DNA from: Tubulanus polymorphus
Lineage: Eukaryota > Animalia > Nemertea
Assembly (NCBI RefSeq): GCF_964204645.1
Contig: NC_134026.1
Span: forward strand, 27,810,150-27,874,149
Length of the DNA: 64,000 nucleotides
Direction of reading: 5' to 3'
In this document: one piece after another, positions 29,271 through 41,000 of the stretch
Position numbering within the stretch: the stretch's first letter is position 1
Layout of the letters: each line of letters starts with the position of its first letter
Program-made: the position numbers and the translations under genes
The notes under the pieces: generated by a model
Databases searched by the model: none
The model's input: only the letters and a program-made list of their open reading frames with translations
What the model was told of the DNA's origin: nothing

Positions 29271-30900
29271 GTTCCTTTCTACAGTTTTAGTATTGTATCG
29301 CGTAGATGATATTCATCTGCTATTTGGATGATCTTCAAAACATGAAAGTAATGCATCTGTGGTGAACAACAAAGGCTTTTTGAAACTATCTGTGTGAAGT
29401 GTTTTTATCTATAATTGCATCTATTATGTATTTCAATGTCAATAGAAATTGCTTTTCATTGTATCATCATTGACTACGATGATGGCAATTCGGAAGTACA
29501 TTTACTGTGTGATGCCCATCTCAAAAGTTATAGGATGTCGCAATACGTACGAATCTGAAGCCAATGTGTCTGTTACTGTGTCTTTTATGTAACTTCAGAT
29601 CAGATGTCCGATTATGTGAACAGAATTTAGAAGTATCTTCATCCATCATCAGCGTAGCATCTTTACTTGATAAGTGTTGCATAAAACTTATCGATGACTT
29701 AGAACTTCTTCCTTCGACTCATTTACCAAACGACTTCTGGACAACAGAGAATTTTCAATCTATCGCATTACCCAATTCATTGACTAGTGATATTGATGTC
29801 TGGTAATGTGAAACATTCTCCGAAAAAGTTGCGAAAGTGTTACTGTTTGTTTGATATTAAGCGAAATTTGTTTATGATTTTCTAATTATCTCAGTTGAAG
29901 TATTGAAATAAATTCATTATGTTACACAAGGAATAGTCCTTAATCCAGTTGGTTCCTTTTGGGAAAGCCAGATTATCAATGACAATCGAAAGAAATTTTA
30001 GTTATGTTTTGATTGGTCACCTCTAAACATCCTCAACTAAGTCACCAAGTTCAACCACACTAGTTGGATCCATGGAGAAAAAGGAAAGTATCAAGAAAAT
30101 ACAAGAAAAACACTTCAATAAGTTATATTTCAGTCCCTTTAATGTCTCAACATTCACTAAAAAAACAAAAGTTTAACATAAAAAAAGTTGGACAGCACTA
30201 TAACGAGCATAATTCTTTTCAAAGTCTTTAATTAGAAAGAATTTTCATGTAATTACCATGACAATTTTAGAAAAACTAAAAACAAAGAAAACCGTATAAC
30301 CATCATTTTTCGGTGACATCCAATAAAAAGTATTCTGGTTTTAATGTCAACTGATATGTCACTGGAGAAAACTTCAAGAAATCATTCATTTCAGCTTAGG
30401 GCTAAAAGCCATAATTAAAAGTTTCCTGATGTGAACTCTTACAGAAGATTTAAGATTAAGCTCTTCTTCTCAAGAGTTCTCTCTGAAAACTACTTTAAAG
30501 ACGACAAATTCTGCTGGATTTGAAAAATCTTTTACACTGCACATGTGTTGTATTCTATAAGCTGCTTAACTTGAGATTCGATGCTGTGTTCATCTAGTGG
30601 GTGGATATAGCCAGGCAATGGTACTTCACATTTAAGAGCCTGATTTAGCGGCTATTTGCTATTTGAGAATTTCAGCCATCCATCTTCATTTCAAAAGGTT
30701 TGATGGATCAACAAAACATGTTGCACTGAATTGGATCATAAGGCGCTTATAAATAAGACATTAAAGCTAGAAGATCATTAATGCTGGTGCATTTGTTCAT
30801 TTCAATGAAGACATTGCAGTTTAATATGAGTAACATCCAAAGAAACGTTCAGCAAATATATTATTATATAACAAATAATTCATAAATCAATTTTCAGGTG

Positions 30901-30932
30901 AAATAAATAAATACATAAATAAATAAATAAAT
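30901..30932. repeat. (AAAT)n microsatellite; U-rich on the minus strand, probably in the Srrm234 3' UTR
   Basis: aaataaataaatacataaataaataaataaat. Confidence 0.7.
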
Positions 30933-32038
30933 ATAACAATGTGACTAGCTTAGCTTTAAGTATTCAATTGGCAAGATATGAAATCATAATCATTTTTCTT
31001 CAACCTCAGACTTACAGTATAATGTATTCTACATAATATGTACAATCCATAATCAGTGTTTGGTGAGATATTTGATATTTATAGGATGTCCATACAGTAT
31101 GTGTACGTGGCCACTAATGAAATTTGTGGTATAGATATGGGAGCAATTTCTGAGCTAAAAATAGCATAATACAATGAATAAAAGTTCTTACAAACATCTT
31201 TTTCTGACAAGAAACCATTCTCAAAAATTCAGTATGATAATATGAGGACCTTGCATGCATACGATTTCTTCATGGTATGGCTGGGCCCCTATAGTAGCAC
31301 ATAGATGATAAATATACATGCTAATGTTCTAACTTCATGGAATGGCGAAAGTTTGAAGTATATTCTTTGATTGACACAAGTGCAACTGATGCTAATGAGC
31401 AATAAAATAGCCTTGATTTACAGTGTTGAAGTTGATAGCTTTTCTGGTAGTAATTCACCCAGTTTCAACTAAATCGTGGCAAGATATTTTTGTCCGAAAT
31501 AAAGCACAATTGACAAATCAATTGGTTATCGTGCATACAAATGGAAATCTTATGCCAGAAACGATTGGCACAATGACAAAACAGATGCGGTATTGAGTTT
31601 CACTCACAAACTTTATATTCACATTATCAAACAACTGAGGAGATCACTGAGTCTGAATATGATACGCCTATTTCAAACTTCATTCTTGATACATGTATCT
31701 GAACTGTAACTAGCAACGTCGCTTTATCGATTCCTCAATTTTGATAGTGTACGGCATGCACGGCGCCAGTCATTACATGACATTGCTTTTTCACCTACGC
31801 AAAATTTCAATCGTTTCTTTTCCACCACGAACTTAATTACGTTTTAAATCTCAGCACTGAAGAATAATTATCATGTAACGTATGGTTTTTATGTGCAGTT
31901 AAAAACACAAATGCACATAACGTGTTCACACACAGACACACGCGCTTATCGGAGATCATGAGACAATATTCAGTCTATTCCTCATCATTATGAAGAAGCT
32001 GAAGAACAATAGTTTCTAATTTCACAGATATTCAGTCA

Positions 32039-35000
32039 TTATTTTCTATAGCTGTCCGCGCTACTGATACTGGTTCGACTCCAACTACGGCGATTTTTCC
32101 CATGTCGTCTAGTCCTGGATCGTGATCGGCTGGGAGAATGGCTGGATGAGCTCGGTGATGTTGGCGGACTTGGACGATAATATGGAATTGGTCGCTTTCT
32201 TGCACTAGAAAGATGAGGTATAAAATTGAGTTATCATCAGTCAGCGCTGAACGATTGGTTTGATATATGTCGGGCATATGGATGGCGTGTACAACATAAC
32301 AAACAGTTTGTGTGCAAAATAAATGTATAGAAAGATGTGACTACATTTGAAATCTTCAGTCTGATAACTCCAAGATTGTATGCTTGTTCCTTAACCCCGC
32401 AAAACTTACCTTGATCTGAAATCAAAAATATCTTTAGATATACATATATACATGTACTGGGAATATAGTCCATTATGCAAAATATAAAGGATAGAACTTT
32501 AGCATGATCATCTCCCAAAAACTATATTAAAAAACCAACTGAAACAATACTTTGATAGCTTTGATACTGGAGAGTAGATTCTCACAAATGTTGGAGCGTT
32601 TGCACACGCTAAAATTGAAATTGTTCCCATCCAGTTAATGGTAGCGTGACGGAATAGCTTTCAGAGTGTCCTTCAGCTACATTATTTTATTTTCAATTCG
32701 ACGATAAATTTAACAGTGGAAAAGTTTTAATGATCGTTAATTACCCCAACAAACTAGAAGAAACTTCTCAAGTAGACGTACATTTATTTAAACATGAGAC
32801 TTAGCCACAGTCTTTCAGGCACGATTAAAAAAATTCACAATAAATATCTGCTTTGTCAATAACAATTAAAGAAACTACAAGTTTTCATATATTAAATGAG
32901 AAATTGATGAGAGAGGCAGACATTGCAATTGGTACAAGCAGTGATATTTGAACTGCTATATACAGTTACTCATTAGATCATGTTTTGAAAGGTTACAGAA
33001 ATCATTGATTCGTAAGTTTTGCCCCACAAGTTCGTTGACATTTGAAACCTTTTGAATTGGGTTAATAGTGGTTAAATATACAATAGGATATGATAGAACA
33101 GTGCTGTAGAGGCCGACCAAACACTTCATGAATTCAGAAACAACATGTTCTGTCATATTCATATAATTATTGATGTTACACAAATTTTCTAAGTAGCAAT
33201 CATATGGATATTCATCATTCATAAGTTGCAGCAATAGACAACTTATTACTGGTTAATCCAATGGGAGAAGCACATTTTTAATAAGTTCATGTAGTTTCAT
33301 TCTATTTGATTGGGGGCAGAAAACAATACAAGCCATAACTCTGAAGTAGTGTGTGAACAATAAGCAAGTTACAATAAATGCTTTGTAGGTATACAGACAT
33401 ACATTGTTAATTATTTCATACTAATGACAGTTTAGATTGGATAATGCACAGACATATATAGCATTCAAATTAATCAACACAGTATTATAAATACATATCA
33501 GTATGAACTGATGGCCACAATGCATGATTCAAACTGATACATTACCTATGCATATAAAAAGGTTATATTGAAGGCAGCCAATTAGGGCGAGTAATTTATT
33601 TTTCATGAAGGAAGGTTAATTAAAGTAACTCAACTGTACCATACCACGAGATGATACAGCATAGATTTCTGATTGAAACTTTGTTAGTGCACCTGAGATC
33701 CCGTAGATGAGTTAATCAAATGATATTGACGGTTAATCGAACAGAATTTTGGTTATTCAGGCAAAAAATGCAATAATTAGTATTCCTTATGATGGGGTTA
33801 GTATAATGAACTATTCAAATCATACCATATACCTGCAGTAACCTGATGAACGACTGGAATACTGGGTCCTTTAATATTGAAATGTGACATTTATATTAAA
33901 ACATAGGATAAAGATAAAAACAGCGTAAACTAGATTTGCTAAAATCTCCACCTCTAGTAGTGTAATTTTGATAGGACTAATTTCAAAAATTCTTTCTGTT
34001 ATTTAGCAAATCTAATTCATGAGATAAGCAATACAGCATGCAAAAATAAAACTGAAGGGAATGAATAAAGATGAAATAAAATCAGTGACAATCATACACC
34101 ATTAAACGACATATCTACGAATAAATATCATCAGCCCAGATATACAAAATCCCTTGTCAAGTAATTAATGTGCATCATTAATAACTGGTTTTGACTGAGA
34201 CATCCTTCGGTTTGTTTGACAATCAATATTTGAACAATAGTAATAATCGTTATTTGATTGCGAAATGGAACCACATCCTATTGACATCATTGGATTTTTT
34301 CTCCATTCAACCATTGCCAATAGTTGTAACACTTTTTGCGATGGCCGATCCATATTATACACATACATATAGCTATGGAATCCTAGGACATGACAAACAC
34401 GATATCGAGAATGAGAAATAATTGCATGACGTAGTTGAAATGGAATCTTACCTGGTAATTCTACGTTTATCTAAATGACTAGGTGAGCCTATTCGTCGTC
34501 GTATGGATGGACTTCGAGAGAAACTGGATCTTGAATGCGACCGAGATCGCGAGTAACTTGCGGATCGAGCCCTCGACCTTGACCTGTATTTCGAAATACA
34601 TTTTTCCATTATTCCAAATGCCTATTGCCAACATTATATTTATGAAATATACATATTAGAATATAGAATTCTGTGACTATCGCACAAAGAACTATGACAT
34701 GAGAAGAGATCATCACAAAGAATCTTGCAACTCTTTTTCTCAGTGATTTCTGCAAGAAGGGACTGAATATTTGCACAATCTGTTTATCATTCCTCACATA
34801 CCCTGTACACGAGTCTGTCAATAAGTGAAACGGATTAAGTGGCAAATATTGAATGCAAGACTGGGCTTTTAGAAGATTTTCAAGCGCAAAGAATTTAATA
34901 GTTTATAGACCGAAATGTAAGAGTTACCTTCTGTTTGGATAGGAAGATCGTGACTGTGATCGGGAATGTGATCGTTTACTAGTCAGTTTTGGTGATGTTT

Positions 35001-38000
35001 TAGCAGATGATACCAATCCATTTTGTTTCGTTGGGCTATTTGAGGCACTGTGAACTGTGAGATTTTTCGGAGAAGCTTTATATCTATAATTAGAAATAGT
35101 CATCAAATACCGATCAGTACAGGGAAGTGAATTAGTTGAAAGAAGATGTCAGAATTTCATCAAAATCAAGGACAAATAAAGCATTGTAGATTAATCTGTT
35201 TTGTTAATGACATTAATTTGTTGTTAGAGTAAAAGACAGGAAAGACATTGTCACTATCAATGAACAGCTTTGGCAGGTAATATCCAGAAAGTGATTAACC
35301 AGCCATTATTGCCACAAAGACTCAAAATTTTTTGATGTGCTATAGAGCAAAGTATTGCCATGTGATACAATTTCCATTGGGACATGGTACTAATGCGACG
35401 GTAAAGGTAATTCTTTCGAAGATACTTTTTTTGTCACCACGAATTTGTGCATAGCGGTAGCCGCTACCACAAGTGTCATAACACGCATAACATATATAAT
35501 TCAGTGTAAGCTTACCTAGCAGTAGGTGAAGCAGATGGTACTTCTGCTGGTAATTCTCGCAACCTGATGAAAAAGGAAATTTGTGTTTGTCATGGCTTTT
35601 GGAGAACTTGGCGTACAAGTTAAACACCTTTTAAATTTGTCTACCGACCTCTCTTTCAACTGGCTTGGACTAGCCGATTTCGTACAACTCAGTTTAACTT
35701 TACTCGAAGGCGAATGAGATGTACCTCGTCTTTTCGATGATTTTTTGCTCCTATGATATCGATCATCATCAGAACTGAAATGTAAAGAGTAAACATGAAA
35801 ATTGAGAGGATTGTTGATGCAATGCAAATTTATCAATAGTTTTGTTCGTCGGAAGAAATGGATTTTTGTCGACATGAACAATGTTACGCTCAAACTGAAT
35901 TTCATCTTACTATATCATATGCAAATCAATAAGGAATTTTAATATAATAGATAGTACAATGTAGTTTCTCGCGCTAAATAGCCCTCCTTATGTTTCTGAA
36001 ATGATCGGCTAAATGCAGCATTCACAGACTTTCATAGAACGTGCAGGAAATTAAAGGTGTTCTGTCAAGGCAAATGGTTATAATGAGACTGAGTATGAAT
36101 ATGTGTCATTAATGAAGTCACGGGACACCTAGGTATATACATGAATGCATCAAAGTTCTATCAGTCGTATGATAAGCTATCACCTACTCTAGCAAGCAAT
36201 TTCATAATGGTGAAGACGGAAGATTAGATTCGTTTTTTCAGATCATGCAATGACACAAGATTCTGTGTTTTGTGTTACTTGAACCTGGCTTTATCAGTAG
36301 GATTATACAATGGAGGATCGACTAGGCCAGCAGAGGGTATTAGAGATTCGCCATACTATACCTTTCATCGGATTCGGTTGAAGAGCTTTGATTTGAATCG
36401 GCTGATGAGCTGCGTGTCCGCTTTTTTTTCTTCTCCTTTGAACTTGATCTGCAAAAGATTAACAATAAAAACCCCTACAGGAAAATGCTACTGAACAGCG
36501 GTGGGTATCATTAATGAGACAAACCATTAGTAGCTTAACCAAAAACTGCACATGGATTATACAGATGTTGTCATGGGAACGTATGATTAAATTCATAAAT
36601 ACCCAGCAATATACATGAAAGGATTCGAATTCACATTAAAACTTTGACAAATGCTTTCAAATATTGAGCTATAATTGCCTCATTAGATTTGATCCCACAC
36701 AGAGCCTCCGCGTTGAAATGATTGTGAAGTACCTTAATTGTCGTCGAAATATGTAAATTAAAATCTAATCAGCTTTTTAGATTTAGACTGCAAGCAGTTT
36801 AATTCATATATCGTTCTATCATCACTTTTGAATATTTAATGCTTCCCAGGTTGATTTGAAAGACAAGTAACAAGATCCAGGATAAGAGATTTGCTGCAAA
36901 ATGTCAGGTAATCAACGAAACCATGCTCTTATCACATATTACAATTTTTCCAGTATTTACCAACGAGAATATGCACTTTTTTAAATGCAGGAACTCATTA
37001 CTAGGTATCAGTTACTTACTTCTTATGCTTTCGGCGTTCTTTCTTCTTCTTGTGCTTTCTTACCGGTGATTCTGATCTACAAAATAGATAGACAACAATG
37101 AGATTAATGCGCGCGGAGAATGATCGTCATTTCTAGATGAATATAAAAAACGCCTCAGTCCTGTATTAATAAGAAAACAGTGATAACACTACACCAAGGA
37201 GATAATAAACACCAACATGGAACATCTCCATTCTTAACTAAATCAATCAGACCTGTTATTGTTCAAATATATGTATATATTTATAGGACCAACCATTGGC
37301 AAATGGATGCAGGAAGATTATTGTTAAAAATCTTTAAAAGGTTTATATAAAAGGTTGATTATGAATTTTTCCCTATCTTCCTTATCTTTTAACTCAACTT
37401 TGGGATACTCTTCTTGGAATACTAGGAAAAATCTCAGATCTGAACAAGACCTCAGTATCTCAATTCATTATCAAAGATTCCACCGATTCACCCTAACTAT
37501 TGACAGATGTAACTCAAAATGGCATTTCTGCTGGTTTCTCGGCCATTCTTGGGGTTAAGTGATAAATACGGGACTTCTTCCATATAGATTAATGCCAACA
37601 ACAGTGGAACTACATGTATGTTGATTTCTGTTATATTCTATGTTACTGGAGCCTGGATCTGCACTCTATCAACTAATCACATCATTTTCGCCAGAATGGT
37701 TTCACTTATAGAAAACACCCAGTCATCGGAAAACATTCAGACAAAACAAATCAACAAATAGTTGATCGAAGAAAACAGATTTACGCGTTTTGCATCAAAA
37801 CAAGAATTAAACGGCTAGTGAACTCATGCTATGAATACAGAAACCTTTGAAGTTTGATCTGACATGTATTTTTTTTAAATTATAAGGGGGATGTTTGATG
37901 TTGATAAGCTTCTGAAACTTGCTCTCCCTTTCTCGAGGAAGGTTGCAGATATGAATTCATTATCCTCCGCTAGGCTGCTTTCATATCAATGCTCCATCAA

Positions 38001-41000
38001 ATCTGTCTTTGACGTGATTAAACCATGATGAAATTTCAGAAGGGCAGATTTCTTCCACACACAAATTCTAACTTAAAAATAATTTCAAGCATAGCATGAT
38101 TTACATGGGAAGAAAGGCTTCTTAATAAACCAGTAAAGTTGCTAAATACGCTCACAATTAAGATCATAAATATTTATACGTGACTAATGAGAAGATCGAG
38201 TTAGTCAGAATATTTTTTCAAGAAGTTTAATTTGTTTTCAGGTTTTACAAACTCTCTTATAAATAGCTACAGCGCCATTTATTTATCCCCAAAATAACAA
38301 CGTAATTGAATTATCACTAACATGCATCCATTTGCCAGTTTGCCAATGTAAATTTACGCACAGTGGCTGTTCACACACTATCGAGACAGTCAGACTTGTG
38401 TGTGAACTTGTTTGTTTGAAAAACTAATAAGATTTTGACACAAAATTGAAGATGGTTTTTGACGAGCTCTTACCTGACTTCAAACTGCATCAGGATAATG
38501 TTAGGCAGTTGAAAAAAGGAAGTTTAAGAGTGTACTCAGTTATAAATGGAAACACACATTCGGGTTTAAAATTCGTTTTCTCAGAATCAGTAATATATTA
38601 ATAATACGCACACAACACATATATTTTTTTAATCATCATCACCGCAGACATTCCGGGGCCGCACAATGAAAATCATATAGTTCATATACATATATAATGA
38701 GAGTTCATATCAATAACCGCATGTGTTTTTAAGACGGACATTTCGCTGACTACAGATTCAGCATTCATAATATGATGACACATGACATTTAGTTCTATTT
38801 TATTTCTAAACTACGACTGAAAAAGTTACGTTTTCTTATTAATTTCATTATGGTTATGTAAACAGCCACGGGAATCTTGGATATCAGAGATCTTAATATC
38901 TGAAATAAATAGTCATTTGCCTCAGCAAGCAGCTCAAAAAGACAAGCTCATTGAATATACCTGGTCAGCTACCTTCAGAAAAGGTATTGAAATTCACCTT
39001 TTTAATAAATAGAATTACTATATTTATTTGATAGGATAACTATTGGTGTAGTTGTATTTTTTATCAAATTTCAGCTTCAAGGGTTTGAATGTTTCTACAT
39101 CGATTGTAAATGAATGAAATGAGGAATAAGAAAAAGTTATTCAATATATATATATATATACAATACTTTAAATCAGTCTGTCATGATCCCAACCTGAGAG
39201 GCAGAAAATAGGAAAAGAATATTGAACACTTAAAATACATAATTTCAACTTTCATTCATTGCCTAAGGGTATAAATGAATATGAACATAAAAGGTAACCA
39301 AAATTGAAATGAAACATCAGCAGAAAGAAGGTATAGAGCAAGAAAAAACAAATGACACAATGATGATTTTGATGATTGAATGGTTTTTTCATAGTCATTA
39401 TTTGCCAGCGTAAATTGCAACATCCTTCATAAGACGAATGTTAAAGGTTATAACACTAAAATGCTTTCAAACACTAGATATGTTTCATGTTGGTTTTTAA
39501 GTGAGCCATGAACGCACGAATGATCATCCATGCCATTCTTTGGCATGACTGTAATGTGATGAAATGTTCGTCGGAATGATAATTTAAACTGGCAAACGAG
39601 ACTGAACACAGTGAGGCTAGGAAAAACAATAGTGTGATAATGATTATAATAACCGTACAACAATAAACCCTGCTTAATCATGCAACTAGTCCAGTTTCTA
39701 ATCACCACTGCCATGAATGAAAAAAATTAGCCAGCATGTACTCGAGATTGTTCGAGAAATCAAATGAAAATACCAGTTTTACCTTTCTAAAATAGCTGCT
39801 TTTCAGGAGAGAAAAATATTTCGATGAAAATGTTAAAAACCATTAGGCGTTTTTCTATTAGGCTATTGCGTTATAACAGAGATTGCGCCAAAGTATCAAA
39901 CATTTCGTTATTTGGATCAAAAAGAAATAAAAGACAATAATTATGCTGCCCGTGAGCATATGAAAAATGTTTTAATTCGTCAAATTTCGTCGTATTCATA
40001 AAAGCGTATTTCGTACCTACATCGATTCACTGCAAGCAGTTGATATATCCTTAAGCAGAATTTCATTGTCAATTTGAAATGGTTCACTTTTTTGCTTAGA
40101 ACATTTTGTCAGCGAGCGCCTAAATATAGTTGTACGTACCAGCTATAAATTCCTGATAACCAATTACGAAAGCCAGAAGAAGGAAACAAAATTATTAAAG
40201 TGTCCGTAAATATATCATGCAGCGGGACACAAAACGTGGCCAGTTCAAAAAAATGTATTCCTTCAACAATTGAAAATAGAATGAATTGCAAACTAAAATC
40301 TCATAAGAAAAGCCTTCATGATTATTCATTCTGGTGTTTATATCGACTATCCTTCATTACATAGCGAAATGAAGCTTCTCACAACAGATTTCTGTATAAT
40401 ATGTAATAATCTGCATCTGTCACCATAAATAAGCGCATTCAACAAATAGTAATAGCATAGCGCGGGTCTGATTTTCATAACAATCTATAATTGTAATAGT
40501 TATCATCATGTCTTGCCTTCAGTCAAAAGACGATATTAATAAATGCAACCTTTTCCAGCGACAGAAAATCATAAAGTTTCAGATATAAATCACTATAAAA
40601 AGGTGATTTCGTCAATATATTCATGGGGGACCTCTCTCACCTCTCTGATAGAATTAAGGTGGCTGTTAATCAGGGTTTAGATGCTCCACCCATGTGTACA
40701 CGCGCACCTTAGGCATTTTATGGAATATTTCCCAAAGTATGCTCAGGGCCGTATTTTACAAGTGAAAGAGAAGACATAATTTCCGTTTCGTTACCGTTAT
40801 ACAAAGAAATGATAGACACATAGTTAATTGATGCATAATTCTGAGTTTTCATATAAGTGTAAAACTGAAGACAAAATGAACGCAAAAAAACAAAAAAAAA
40901 ACAACGTACAACAAAGCATTAATTTTCCCACTCACAGCAGCTACAGCATTTTGATCGTTCGTCTTACGTCATTTGGAAAAAAGGTAGGAAAACTAAAGCT

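Noticed and set aside
29450-29830. Coding-looking segment or pseudogene (ORF 29564-29806)
   Set aside because: Every frame I translated on both strands is short or interrupted, and there is no recognisable homology.
36185-36325. Extra Srrm234 coding exon
   Set aside because: All plausible acceptors give in-frame stops, and the nearest would need a ~40-nt intron.
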